The notes under the pieces are model-generated. The model was not told where the DNA came from. It worked only from the letters and a program-made list of their open reading frames with translations, and ran no database searches. From the IMG/VR virus record IMGVR_UViG_3300037755_000790, positions 1-57,730 of that record: a stretch of DNA of 57,730 bases; one strand, written 5' to 3'. Every line of letters begins with the position of its first letter. The first letter of the stretch is position 1. The position numbers and the translations under genes were made by a program. Shown piece by piece: positions 1 through 9,064 of the stretch. Source of the DNA: a virus (taxonomy: Duplodnaviria; Caudoviricetes).

Positions 1-37
1 CGGCCGAGCGCGCGCAGCAGCTGGCGCCAGAAGATCT

Positions 38-559
38 TCACGCGAAGGCTCCTATCCGCTGGCTGTCCACGAGAGAGTCGATCGCGGCGTTCATCCGCCG
101 GTCCCGTCGCCGCTGCTCCTCGCTGACGGCATCGGCGAGGTAGACGCCCCACTCCCCGGTCGGCATGGCCCACGACGGCAGCGTCTCGGCGCGGTGTCGG
201 GTGCGTGGCGGTAGGTCGTGGTCGGTCCACCCCGGCGCCTCGAACCGGCCCAGCCACACAGCGGCGCGGTCGAGACGCTGGCCGGGCCACGTGTCCCAGA
301 ACCCACCCGACGCGACATCGCAGGCGAAGACCAGCACCGGGAACAGCGACCGCTGCCAGTACGGCCACAGGTCCTCCGGCGACTCCTCCACGGGCACGGC
401 GGGACGGACGAGCTCCACGGCGTCGAGGGGCATGCGCTCCTCGTCCGCGTGGAACGTGTCCCACATGCGGTCTGAGGCGCGGAAGCCGGCACCGTAGGCG
501 AACACCCACGAGGTACCGAAGCCAGCGGCGAAGACGATTCCCAACACGATGGCGGTCAT
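38..559 (-). CDS. hypothetical membrane-anchored phage protein
   Basis: ATG at 559 overlaps the upstream stop (ATGA); hydrophobic N-terminus MTAIVLGIVFAAGFG. Confidence 0.6.
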   Translation of the reverse strand: MTAIVLGIVFAAGFGTSWVFAYGAGFRASDRMWDTFHADEERMPLDAVELVRPAVPVEESPEDLWPYWQRSLFPVLVFACDVASGGFWDTWPGQRLDRAAVWLGRFEAPGWTDHDLPPRTRHRAETLPSWAMPTGEWGVYLADAVSEEQRRRDRRMNAAIDSLVDSQRIGAFA

Positions 560-831
560 GACTTGCTCGCTGGAGCCGGCGAGCGGGAGAAGACGCCACG
601 CAGCAGAGCCACCGCGACGACCGACCACCAGTAGCCGATCGTCGGCAGTGCGGACCACCAGTGCGCGGACAGGACAGCGACGCCGAGCATGAACATCCAG
701 CCGCTGAAGAACGCGGCGATGATCGACGTGAGCAGTGCCGTGATGCAGCCCTGGATCGCCTTGCCGCGCTGCTCAGCCCTACGGCCGAGCTTCACCAGCC
801 GAACTACTTCGCTGTAGTTGCCGTTGCTCAT
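556..831 (-). CDS. small membrane protein
   Basis: ATGA-coupled; two hydrophobic segments (LLTSIIAAFFSGWMFMLGVAVL, IGYWWSVVAVALL). Confidence 0.65.
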   Translation of the reverse strand: MSNGNYSEVVRLVKLGRRAEQRGKAIQGCITALLTSIIAAFFSGWMFMLGVAVLSAHWWSALPTIGYWWSVVAVALLRGVFSRSPAPASKS

Positions 832-938
832 TTCTGTCCAATCCAGAGTCGGGCGCCACCGATGAACGCCAAGGCACAGGCACCGGATGCGACGAACCAG
901 AGGGCGGGATCCCACATCAGGTCAGAGAGCCAGTTCAC
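828..938 (-). CDS. 36-aa membrane peptide
   Basis: GTGA overlap with the upstream gene; single hydrophobic helix. Confidence 0.45.
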   Translation of the reverse strand: MNWLSDLMWDPALWFVASGACALAFIGGARLWIGQK

Positions 939-1117
939 GCCGCTCTCGCCGCCGTCCACACGTGGTGGTGCGGGAAGCACACGCCGCAGGCGGCGAGGTT
1001 GTAGACGCGGGCCTGCAACGGTGTCACCGGCACCCGGACGGGCTGGTCGCGAACGTTGGCGCAAGCGTGGTCGGCGTCGTGGACAACGCCGAGCGAGGCG
1101 ATGATGACGAGGGTCAT
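935..1117 (-). CDS. small Cys/His protein
   Basis: ATGA-coupled; VH..C and ACGVCF motifs. Confidence 0.5.
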   Translation of the reverse strand: MTLVIIASLGVVHDADHACANVRDQPVRVPVTPLQARVYNLAACGVCFPHHHVWTAARAA

Positions 1118-1389
1118 GAACCCTCCACGGGAGCGAGCGGGAGAGCGGCGGAGTCGGGCGACAACATGGCGAGCACGACCTCGATGTCGGACGGGAAGCG
1201 GTGGCCGCACTGCGGGCACTTCTCGCCGGCCCAGATCTCCCGCTGCCGCTCCGCGGTGAACCGGCGCCGGATGATGTCCTCCGAGCCGTGCCAAGATCGC
1301 GAGCAGTCGGAAGGGTTCCGGCACACGGCCTGCTCCGCCATACGTGGAGTCATGCGTCCGAGGATCACGTCAGCGGTGAGGTAGGTCAT
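1114..1389 (-). CDS. small zinc-ribbon protein
   Basis: CRNPSDC and CPQCGH; coupled at both ends. Confidence 0.6.
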   Translation of the reverse strand: MTYLTADVILGRMTPRMAEQAVCRNPSDCSRSWHGSEDIIRRRFTAERQREIWAGEKCPQCGHRFPSDIEVVLAMLSPDSAALPLAPVEGS

Positions 1390-1730
1390 GACGGAACCTC
1401 GATCTCCGACAGGTCGTCGCCAGCCTCAAGCGCTGCGACCACCTGGGCATGACCGGCCTCGGCCGCCGCCTTCGTGGCGTACCGGGCGCAGAACAGATCA
1501 GCGAACGAGTCGCCGTCCGACTTGTCGAACACCATGGTTTCGAACAGGATCGGCGGGCCCTCCCCGTACTGATGATTGATGATCAGGAAGACCGTCGACA
1601 CCTCGAAGGTGCCGACCTGCGTCAGCCCGATTCGGCGCGCATCGGGCTCCCAGTTGGCCGCCCGAATGTCCGGTGTCGGCTCGGTAGATCCGTCGGCGTT
1701 GAGTCGCCAGTACATGCCGCGAGATCTCAT
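1386..1730 (-). CDS. conserved hypothetical phage protein
   Basis: VSTVFL..H...PILFETMVF...RY....A..GH pattern; coupled overlaps. Confidence 0.7.
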   Translation of the reverse strand: MRSRGMYWRLNADGSTEPTPDIRAANWEPDARRIGLTQVGTFEVSTVFLIINHQYGEGPPILFETMVFDKSDGDSFADLFCARYATKAAAEAGHAQVVAALEAGDDLSEIEVPS

Positions 1731-2035
1731 GACGTCCCGCCGATCGCGTCCAGCACCGCACGAGGCTCCGGCTCAACCGGTGCGAGAGCAGGTTCAGGCT
1801 TCGCGAGAGCGTCAGCGGCAAGCAGGTAGCGGCGGGCGTCGTACTGCTGGGCCGGGTGCCTCAGCAGCCGCTCTGACTCTTCGCGGAAGAGTTCGCGTAC
1901 CGCGACGATCGCGGCGTCTGTTGCCCTGTCGAGGTCGTCGGGCGGGATGCCGATGTTGTCGAGGGCGTACCCGATCGCGTCGTGGAAGTCCGCGTAGTTG
2001 ATCGGGCTTTCCCTTGGTGCGGTTACGATGTCCAT
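1727..2035 (-). CDS. hypothetical protein
   Basis: GAGGAG RBS upstream; coupled stop. Confidence 0.6.
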   Translation of the reverse strand: MDIVTAPRESPINYADFHDAIGYALDNIGIPPDDLDRATDAAIVAVRELFREESERLLRHPAQQYDARRYLLAADALAKPEPALAPVEPEPRAVLDAIGGTS

Positions 2036-2106
2036 GGACGATCACTCCTCGTCTCTCCCGGCCCGGCTGGTCACGCAGCGCGGGCCGGACCTGTGTCTGG
2101 GTGGGG

Positions 2107-2607
2107 TCAGTGGAAGCGGACGATGCCGCCGTCAGCGGCCAACTCGAATGCGCGCGTCCACTTCTGGTACGTGTCGGGGCTGTAGTACTCCGGCGGCACG
2201 TAGCGCTCGGCGTGCTCGGTGAAGTCGGCCAGCAGGTCGGCGGCAGCCTCCGGCCCGATCGAGCCCTCGTTGTCGGCGAACCAGATCAGCTCGTAGAACG
2301 GCCTGTCCGACTCGCGGGCATGGTTGAACTGCGCCTGCAGGTCGGCGCGCCAGCGGTTGTAGCCGGTGTACGAGCCAGCCCGGAAACCGATCGTCTCGGT
2401 CTCGTCGGTCTCCTCGTAGCAGCCGCCTTCGAGGAACTTCTCACCGCTGCCGACCGTCCTTGTCTCCAGGACCGGGATGCCGCGGAACGACTGCGGGAAC
2501 GAGTCGTAGGCGAACACCTGAATGTGCTCCTCGTCCTCGCACCAGTCCGCGTCGGTGTGCTTGCCGAGAGCCTTCAGGTGGCTGTAGGCGGTGATGTCGA
2601 GTCCCAT
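2107..2607 (-). CDS. conserved hypothetical phage protein (MGLDI...F.D.EG.IG type)
   Basis: GGAGAGG RBS; MGLDI start, FRAGSY.GYN.WR and FADNEG.IG motifs. Confidence 0.75.
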   Translation of the reverse strand: MGLDITAYSHLKALGKHTDADWCEDEEHIQVFAYDSFPQSFRGIPVLETRTVGSGEKFLEGGCYEETDETETIGFRAGSYTGYNRWRADLQAQFNHARESDRPFYELIWFADNEGSIGPEAAADLLADFTEHAERYVPPEYYSPDTYQKWTRAFELAADGGIVRFH

Positions 2608-2681
2608 GTTCGGTAACCTCTCCGTGTCGGCCAGCCGCTTGGCGACGAACCTTCTGCGGCTGGCTGGCTCTATGTCTGGGT

Positions 2682-2870
2682 TCAGGCCTTCACGAGCGCG
2701 AGCACGACGGCCGGGTTGTCACGGATGGCGTGCGCGATCCTGATAGCGAGGTCGCAGGCTTCGAGGTGGTGGTCCGGCTCGATCTCGCCGTCCTCGTTGA
2801 GGTCGTCCTCGGCGTGCGACTCGGCGCCGTCAACGACGAGTGCGATCGCGTACTCCTCGATCGTCTTCAC
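2682..2870 (-). CDS. small acidic hypothetical protein
   Basis: AAGGAG RBS, GTG start. Confidence 0.6.
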   Translation of the reverse strand: MKTIEEYAIALVVDGAESHAEDDLNEDGEIEPDHHLEACDLAIRIAHAIRDNPAVVLALVKA

Positions 2871-2954
2871 TGCGTTCTCCTTCAGGTCGGTACCGACGGG
2901 GTGGGGTCAAACAGCCGAGGCGTCGAATGGAGGACACCCAGCCCCGCCGGAGAT

Positions 2955-3593
2955 TCAGTCGTCCTCGCCGAGTCCGACCGTGGCGGCGGCGACAGCGGCA
3001 CCCACGTCACGGGCGACACCCGTCTCGGCGTACACGACGGTCGCCATGCTCAGACCGGAGTACGACGAGGCCGTTCCCTTCGACGTCCCGGCGACGCCGA
3101 CAACCTGCGTCGAGGCGCCGAAGCGGGAACCCTGCTCCCACGCCGTCACTCCCTGACCGAGGTAGACGATCGACCACTTGCCGGTCCTCTCCCGCTCGTC
3201 GAGGAGGGTGCGGATCTTCTCCCACGTCCACTCCCGCGACGAGTTCTCCCCACCGTCGGTCTGGATGACCAACAGGACCCGGTCGTCGTCGCCGAGGGTG
3301 GTGGCGGTGTCGAACTCGCCGACCGTCCGGCCGACCGCGTCGAGCAGCGCCGTCATGCCGGTGGGCGCGTAGTTGGCTTGGGTGAAATCGGGAACATCGG
3401 CCAACTCCGCGGCGACGCACAGCGGCATGAACCGGGTATCGAACACCGTCACCGACATGCGGTAGTCGGTGCCGTTCGCCTCAACGTCCTTGCGAAGGTC
3501 GGCGAGGTAGGTGTTGAACCCGCCCCGCACATCCTCGGCGAGGTCGTGCATCGAGCCGCTCATATCGGTGACGAACAAGACGTGCGTGGTCAC
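2955..3593 (-). CDS. vWA (MIDAS) domain protein
   Basis: DMSGSM, GMTALLDA and IQTDGGEN motifs. Confidence 0.85.
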   Translation of the reverse strand: MTTHVLFVTDMSGSMHDLAEDVRGGFNTYLADLRKDVEANGTDYRMSVTVFDTRFMPLCVAAELADVPDFTQANYAPTGMTALLDAVGRTVGEFDTATTLGDDDRVLLVIQTDGGENSSREWTWEKIRTLLDERERTGKWSIVYLGQGVTAWEQGSRFGASTQVVGVAGTSKGTASSYSGLSMATVVYAETGVARDVGAAVAAATVGLGEDD

Positions 3594-3607
3594 GACGCTC
3601 CTTCAGG

Positions 3608-3877
3608 TCAGGTGGGTCGTTGCTCGATGAGGTGCCAGACCAGAAACCCGCCGGGAGCCACGGCCGTACCGTGGTACCGGACACGACCGGCGGGCATCGG
3701 GTGGCCAGTCCCGACGGCGATGAACCGGTAGGCGGGACCGGGGGATTCGTCGTGGTGCCAAGCCCAGAACTCGACGACGCCGGTGTCGCGGCAGCCGACA
3801 GCGAGCGGGTCTGAGTGCAGCGTGAACTCGTGCGACTGGCCGTCGACGGGCACCTCGTAGCGGTAGATGGCGCTCAC
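3608..3877 (-). CDS. conserved small phage protein
   Basis: IYRY.VP...GTGH.....Y.GT......VWHL pattern. Confidence 0.7.
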   Translation of the reverse strand: MSAIYRYEVPVDGQSHEFTLHSDPLAVGCRDTGVVEFWAWHHDESPGPAYRFIAVGTGHPMPAGRVRYHGTAVAPGGFLVWHLIEQRPT

Positions 3878-4632
3878 GTCACACCACCCAGGGGCACGGC
3901 TCCCGGGCTGGCCGTCCCCAACCAGCCCGGGGCCGCCGGCGGGACGGTGTTCGGACCGTCCGCGCCAACCGCCGAGACGTCGCGAAACTCCACGGCGGGC
4001 ATCTGTTGGGCCACGGCCTCCGAGCCTCGGGGAAGAAGACTCGGGGCCGCGACCGTCTTGGGTGGGCGAAAGTCGCGGCGCTTGGCCTTCGCCCTACGTC
4101 CGTCGGGGTGGTGCCAGACGACGCCCTCCCACGCCTCGTGCCCGTGCAGCCATTCGCCGAGATCGTCGAAGCCCATCGGGATCTGATTGGCCACGCGTGA
4201 GTCGGTGGCGGACATGTATCCGTGGCGGATGAGCATGTGCTCGACCAGCTTCTCCGGATTGCCGTTGATCTTCGGTCCACACAGTTCATACGTGGCGCCG
4301 AGCACGGGGCCCGGGTAGGTGTCGACGACGCGCTTCAACGCCTCGTCGTGGAACTTGGCGAACGGCGACGACGTCATCGGCTCCCAACCGACGGTCTTGC
4401 CCGTCACGGAGTCGAGTTCGACGATGAGGTAGCCGGGCGGCTGGAGCTTGCCGGGCTTCACTTCGCGCCGAGCCCACCACTGCTGACCGTCGTACGACAC
4501 GCACGTCCCGTCGTACTTCCGCGTCGCTACGCCCTCGCCGGCGAACACCCACGCGCAGCCTGGGTGCCGCTTGCGGGTGACGTACTTCGGGTCCGCCTCG
4601 TCGCGGAGGTAGATGGTCGGGATCTTCCTCAT
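3874..4632 (-). CDS. RNA ligase-like nucleotidyltransferase (DUF5565-like)
   Basis: motif I TRKYDGT, YELCGPKINGNP, motif IV EGVVW, terminal KAK. Confidence 0.75.
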   Translation of the reverse strand: MRKIPTIYLRDEADPKYVTRKRHPGCAWVFAGEGVATRKYDGTCVSYDGQQWWARREVKPGKLQPPGYLIVELDSVTGKTVGWEPMTSSPFAKFHDEALKRVVDTYPGPVLGATYELCGPKINGNPEKLVEHMLIRHGYMSATDSRVANQIPMGFDDLGEWLHGHEAWEGVVWHHPDGRRAKAKRRDFRPPKTVAAPSLLPRGSEAVAQQMPAVEFRDVSAVGADGPNTVPPAAPGWLGTASPGAVPLGGVT

Positions 4633-4754
4633 GACTTCGTCACCCGCTTCCACGCACCTCGAGCGACAGCGGCGAGGACATATAGCGGCAGGAACATGGC
4701 CGTCACGGCGCAGACCGACCGCAGTCGGCGGCCGAGGGACTCTTCGGGCCTCAT
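4629..4754 (-). CDS. small membrane peptide
   Basis: ATGA overlaps at both ends; hydrophobic core. Confidence 0.45.
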   Translation of the reverse strand: MRPEESLGRRLRSVCAVTAMFLPLYVLAAVARGAWKRVTKS

Positions 4755-5041
4755 CGGGTCACCTCGACGTTCATGCGCTCGACGAGGGCGGCGATGCCGT
4801 ACATGAGGCATGCCTGCTGGTGGCCGTTGCGGCTCGACTGCGCGCGCTTGTACCAGAAGTCACCGTCAAGATCGCGGGTCACGAAGTACTCATCAGAGGT
4901 CTGCGCGAACTGGGCTGAGGCGGGACGGCCGGCGTGCTGCCGACGAACGCGTACGCGCGCCTCGGCTTCGATCTCGGCGCACTTCTTCTGCCACGTCTCG
5001 TACGCGGCGAGGTGTTCGGCCATCTTGTCGACGTGGCTCAT
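4751..5041 (-). CDS. hypothetical protein
   Basis: AGGAGG RBS, coupled. Confidence 0.6.
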   Translation of the reverse strand: MSHVDKMAEHLAAYETWQKKCAEIEAEARVRVRRQHAGRPASAQFAQTSDEYFVTRDLDGDFWYKRAQSSRNGHQQACLMYGIAALVERMNVEVTR

Positions 5042-5202
5042 CGGGACCTCCTCAGCACGCGGGTCTGCTCGCCACGGCGGATGTAGACGTCACCGCGATG
5101 AGGTAGGTCTTCCCGCATGCACCAGACCGAGGCGCCGGAGTGTCCGGCGTAGGCGTTCACGGACAGGCCGTAGGCGTGGATCGTCAGCCGGTCGACGTTC
5201 AC
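5038..5202 (-). CDS. 54-aa hypothetical protein
   Basis: fills the gap exactly with GTGA/ATGA overlaps (translated by hand; below the ORF-track cutoff). Confidence 0.45.
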   Translation of the reverse strand: MNVDRLTIHAYGLSVNAYAGHSGASVWCMREDLPHRGDVYIRRGEQTRVLRRSR

Positions 5203-5681
5203 GCGGCACCGTCGTTGTCACGGCGCCACGCTTCGAAGGCGGTCGGAACCGTGACGGTCTCGTCGATCATGTATGGCAGCAGGCGCGCCATCTTCTCCTG
5301 TTCGCGAGCGAACGCGTCGGCGGCGAGGGAGAGGTTTGTGGCACGAAGGCCAAGGCGCGCGTAGACGTCGGGCTTCGTCGCGTGGCGGGCCTGAACCCGC
5401 TCGCCCCCGCCGAGCGCCCACACGGCATCGAAGGCCGCGTCCTCGCCGGAGAAGAGGTCAAGCTGGCGGGAATCTCCCGCCCTCGTGCGCTTCTTGTCCT
5501 CGGCCGCCAGCAGCCCGTCAACGAAGTCATCCACGATGTCGTCGGTGACACCCTGCGAGAGGATCTCCTCGACCAGCACGTCCCGGACGTCCTCGACATC
5601 GAACCGGCCGCCGACCTCCTGCATCACGCGCTCGTAGCACTCGGCCGCGATCTTGCGGTAGCGCGACTCCTTGTCGCTCAT
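5199..5681 (-). CDS. hypothetical protein coupled to the ParB-like gene
   Basis: ATGA coupling; helical acidic protein. Confidence 0.65.
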   Translation of the reverse strand: MSDKESRYRKIAAECYERVMQEVGGRFDVEDVRDVLVEEILSQGVTDDIVDDFVDGLLAAEDKKRTRAGDSRQLDLFSGEDAAFDAVWALGGGERVQARHATKPDVYARLGLRATNLSLAADAFAREQEKMARLLPYMIDETVTVPTAFEAWRRDNDGAA

Positions 5682-6622
5682 AGGAGGTCGCTCCCCTCTT
5701 CGTCGAGATGGTCCGCGAGGGCGGACAGATGGTCGGACAGCCGCCGAACGGCCTTGGCGCTGAAGAAGTCGCGGACGTTGGGCAACTCGCGGTGCGGGTT
5801 GGCGTAGGGGTCCCACGTCCGGGAGAGGAAGCCGACCGGGTCGGGGTCGAGGACCGACATGAGGCCGACGAGGTTCGTGCCGAAGCCGGACGACAGACGC
5901 CGCCGCCTGTCCTGCTCGATCTCGGCCTGCCGCTCCTGCTCGCTGGCGAGGGCGGCGGCCTGTTGACGTGCCGCCTCATCGCGCTCAGCTTCGTCTTGGC
6001 GGACCTTCGCCTCGCGGGCATCGAGCGCGGCGACCGCGTCATCGGCGTTCATGCGCTCCTCATCGACCAAGGTCGCGAGGTCGAGTGCGTCGGCACGCAG
6101 TCGGTCCATCTTGGACTTAAGCGCCTCGGCCTCGGCCTTGCGCTCCCGCGCCGTCTCCAGCGCCCGACTCAGCGGTTGGGCGCCAGCAATCACTGCATCG
6201 GCCAAATCCGGCGCCCAGTCGAGGACGATCTTCGCCTCGGAGATCCGGGGGCGGTTGTACAAATTTGTACAACCGGCGATCTTCTCTTGCGTGCCGGCGC
6301 CCGCTCGGTACGCTTTCGCCGCGATTACCGCGCGGGCTCCTGTGGTCAGATGCCGACGGGCGATGTTGACGGCGAGCGCGTAGCCGTCCGGGTCGTCGCC
6401 GTCGTACGTGACGAACGCCGGCTCGACCCCAGCGATCTCGCACGCAGCGAGGCGGTTCCGGCCGTCGAGGATCGCGCCGGACGGGTCGAGGACGATCGGC
6501 TGGAGCAGTCCGCGTTGCCGAATGTCTTCGGCGAGTTCGGCGAGTTCGTCGTCGGCGAGCATCGGGAAAAGATCGGCGACGGGATGGACGGCGCGCACGA
6601 TTGGCGCCTTGGTCCGGCTCAT
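5678..6622 (-). CDS. ParB/Srx N-terminal domain protein
   Basis: HPVADLFP, LAEDIRQRGLLQPI, ILDGRNRL, N..RRHLT. Confidence 0.85.
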   Translation of the reverse strand: MSRTKAPIVRAVHPVADLFPMLADDELAELAEDIRQRGLLQPIVLDPSGAILDGRNRLAACEIAGVEPAFVTYDGDDPDGYALAVNIARRHLTTGARAVIAAKAYRAGAGTQEKIAGCTNLYNRPRISEAKIVLDWAPDLADAVIAGAQPLSRALETARERKAEAEALKSKMDRLRADALDLATLVDEERMNADDAVAALDAREAKVRQDEAERDEAARQQAAALASEQERQAEIEQDRRRRLSSGFGTNLVGLMSVLDPDPVGFLSRTWDPYANPHRELPNVRDFFSAKAVRRLSDHLSALADHLDEEGSDLL

Positions 6623-6804
6623 CGGGCACCGACCAGTGCGAGCGTCAGCGGCATGCCGACGAGGACGACGGAGGCCGGGGCTAGGACGACGACGGAGCAG
6701 ATGCCGCCGCCCTTCTTGCCGCCGCCACCGGAGGAGCGGGAGGGCTTGCGGGCCTTCGGCCGGGGCCGGCGGGCGTGGGGACGGCGGGTGCCTCGGGCGT
6801 TCAC
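6619..6804 (-). CDS. small basic protein with C-terminal hydrophobic segment
   Basis: GTGA/ATGA coupling. Confidence 0.45.
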   Translation of the reverse strand: MNARGTRRPHARRPRPKARKPSRSSGGGGKKGGGICSVVVLAPASVVLVGMPLTLALVGAR

Positions 6805-6992
6805 GCGGCACCCGACTCGGCGCGAGTCCCCGTCACGAGGCCCTCGATGTAGGAACGGTGGAACCGCTTCACGCCGAGCACGTCGACGAAGTCGAGGCGG
6901 CCTTCGCGGCACCAGCGATGGATGGTCTCGTCGGTGAGCCGCAGTGCCTCGGCTACCTCGGCAACTGTCAGAAGTGCGGGAAGCTGTCCCAT
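6801..6992 (-). CDS. excisionase/Cro-like HTH_17 DNA-binding protein
   Basis: LLTVAEVAEALRLTDETIHRW..EGRL; leaderless ATG 7 nt after the -10 box. Confidence 0.85.
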   Translation of the reverse strand: MGQLPALLTVAEVAEALRLTDETIHRWCREGRLDFVDVLGVKRFHRSYIEGLVTGTRAESGAA

Positions 6993-6999
6993 GGGCAGG

Positions 7000-7028
7000 A
7001 ACATAGCCAGAGTTTAGGCATGTGTCAA
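7000..7028 (-). promoter_or_regulatory. strong housekeeping-sigma promoter for the early leftward operon
   Basis: TTGACA-17 nt-TATGTT on the minus strand; adjacent palindrome GGACA-n6-TGTCC at 7029-7044 (candidate operator). Confidence 0.8.
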
Positions 7029-7051
7029 GGACAGCTATATGTCCAGACCTC

Positions 7052-7079
7052 TTGCGTTCCGTGTCATTGTCGGTAGTCT
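7052..7079 (+). promoter_or_regulatory. divergent promoter for the repressor (leaderless)
   Basis: TTGCGT-16 nt-TAGTCT, ATG 7 nt downstream. Confidence 0.55.
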
Positions 7080-7086
7080 GTGGCTC

Positions 7087-7536
7087 ATGACGATCGAGAC
7101 GACCGGAACCAAAGTCCCGTCCTGGATACCCTCGGACACCGACTTCGGCTCGCGGCTGGCGCTCGTCCGCCACCGCATGGGCTGGAACATCAAAGAGGCC
7201 GCTCGGGAGTGCGGCGTGGCCGCGGCAACGTGGCGACTATGGGAGGTCGACGGCGCCCGGCCACGCAGCCTCATCACGATCGCGCTGACCATCGCCACCC
7301 GAACCGGCTGCGACTACCTGTGGCTCGTCCACGGACCTGATCGTGGGGGGGCGGTACGTACAACTTCGTACGGCACGGGAGAGCGCCTCATCGGCGCGAT
7401 CGGGAAGCCCGGAACGACATCCACCAGACCGGGCACCCGCCCCACTGATCGAGGACGGTCACACACCCGACCGGTGCGGCAGACCCGCCCTGTCGCCGGA
7501 GTGTCGACCCGGCCGCGCACACCACTCACCGTCTAG
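7087..7536 (+). CDS. XRE-family HTH immunity repressor
   Basis: FGSRLALVRHRMGWNIKEAARECGVAAATWRLWE; divergent from the cro/xis gene; low-complexity C-terminal tail. Confidence 0.85.
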   Translation: MTIETTGTKVPSWIPSDTDFGSRLALVRHRMGWNIKEAARECGVAAATWRLWEVDGARPRSLITIALTIATRTGCDYLWLVHGPDRGGAVRTTSYGTGERLIGAIGKPGTTSTRPGTRPTDRGRSHTRPVRQTRPVAGVSTRPRTPLTV

Positions 7537-7546
7537 GGGATTGCGC

Positions 7547-8401
7547 ATGTTAACGGCAAGTAACGACGATCTCCGAATGAGTTACCTCATCGAGCTCCAC
7601 CTCGACGACCTCAGGGCGGCGGGGAAGTCCCCCGCGACGATCGCGGCGAGAAGCAACGTCATCCGCCGCCTCCACGACGCGTTGCCGTTCGGCATCGCCT
7701 ACGGAGCCACCGAACTCATCCAGCAGTGGATGGCCAACCCCGCGTGGGGCCGCTGGTGCCGCGCCACCTACGACTACCACGTCCGCGGCTTTTACCGGTG
7801 GGCCACCGAGTCCGGGATTCTCGACGGCGACCCCACGAAGGCGATGGGGCGCCCAAAACCACCGAGGCTCATCCCCCGGCCCGCGAGCGAAGACGACCTC
7901 GAGCTCCTGCTCGCCCAGGCCGGGGAACCCCTGTTCACCATCGCGGTCCTGGGCGGCTTCGCCGGCATGCGCGTCGGTGAGATGTCCCGCTGCCGGCGGG
8001 AGCACATCACCGAGGAGCGGATCTACATCCCACTGGGCAAGGGCGGCGACCCCGGTACGGTCCCAACCCACCCGTTCCTATGGGAGTCGCTCCGCGACCG
8101 CCCGCCGGGGCTCCTCATCGTCGACCGCCACGGAGAGCCAGTGATCGGCCACTGGATCTCCCAGACGGCGCGGCGTCACCTCGACAAGCTCGGCCTGCCG
8201 GACCTGCACAGCCATCTGCTGCGCCATCGATACGGAACTACCATCCAACGGACATTCGGGAACATCAGGATCACCCAGCAGTGCCTACGTCACGTGCGGG
8301 TGAGCAGCACCGAGGGCTACACGCTCGTCACCAGCGAAGAGTGCGAGACGGCCGTCGCCGCGCTGCCCGTACCAGGAAGGACAGGACCCGCCAGCGCGTA
8401 A
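7547..8401 (+). CDS. int: tyrosine integrase/recombinase (short, 284 aa)
   Basis: GMRVGE (R), GKGG (K), HLLRH (HxxR), LRH, TEGY (Y); AGGGGA RBS. Confidence 0.9.
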   Translation: MLTASNDDLRMSYLIELHLDDLRAAGKSPATIAARSNVIRRLHDALPFGIAYGATELIQQWMANPAWGRWCRATYDYHVRGFYRWATESGILDGDPTKAMGRPKPPRLIPRPASEDDLELLLAQAGEPLFTIAVLGGFAGMRVGEMSRCRREHITEERIYIPLGKGGDPGTVPTHPFLWESLRDRPPGLLIVDRHGEPVIGHWISQTARRHLDKLGLPDLHSHLLRHRYGTTIQRTFGNIRITQQCLRHVRVSSTEGYTLVTSEECETAVAALPVPGRTGPASA

Positions 8402-8433
8402 CTGGCAGGTCCCGTCTATAGACAGCATTGCAT

Positions 8434-8477
8434 GCCCACCACCTCCCTGGACCCCGGAGGTTGGTGGGCTTGTCTGT
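8434..8477 (+). terminator. hairpin terminator between convergent int and GntR genes
   Basis: GCCCACCA-CCTCC ... GGAGG-T-TGGTGGGC followed by TTGTCTGT. Confidence 0.6.
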
Positions 8478-8510
8478 GCCGGAACGGGTCTTGACGTCCG
8501 GCGACCACAC

Positions 8511-8747
8511 TTAGGTGGCTACCTCCGGCGGGTACACCACGAAGTTCCCCACGCCCAGTTGGCCACGGATCAGACCCCGCTCACGGAGGATCCGCAGTGC
8601 CGACTGTGCCGTGGTCACCGACACGGAGTAGATCTCGGCGATGGCACGGTATGAGGGCAGCATGACGCCCGCCGGGTACTCCCCGGAACGGATCCGGGCG
8701 TCGAGGTCGGCGGCGATGTCCTTGTACGTGAGGCGTGCGGGCGGCAT
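8511..8747 (-). CDS. GntR-family winged-HTH regulator (KorSA-like, DNA-binding domain only)
   Basis: YKDIAADL..RI.SGEY.AG..LPS...IA..Y.VS..T...AL..L...GL. Confidence 0.9.
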   Translation of the reverse strand: MPPARLTYKDIAADLDARIRSGEYPAGVMLPSYRAIAEIYSVSVTTAQSALRILRERGLIRGQLGVGNFVVYPPEVAT

Positions 8748-9064
8748 GACGGCGGTACTCCCAGGTCGACCCTCAGAGTCGATCACAGCCTCACCTACTC
8801 ACTCAAGTACCTATTCCACCTAGGCACTTAGGTACGGTACTCTCTCTTCAGACCGGCCCCAGGTCGACACTGCGGGACGGTTCGGGGCGGCTGGCCTTTA
8901 CGTAGCCCGTCGGGGCCGGCCCCCTCTCCGCCCCTCGTGGAGACCGGGGGTCCGTGACACAGCTCCGGGCCCTCGGGAGGAGACCAAGTGCTACCTCACG
9001 ACCTCGACGACTGGATCGAGGCCTGGATCGAACGGCGCCACGCCACCCGCACCGAGGAGGAGCC

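Noticed and set aside
8402-8510. attP downstream of the integrase
   Set aside because: No tRNA-like core or arm repeats visible; only a terminator hairpin
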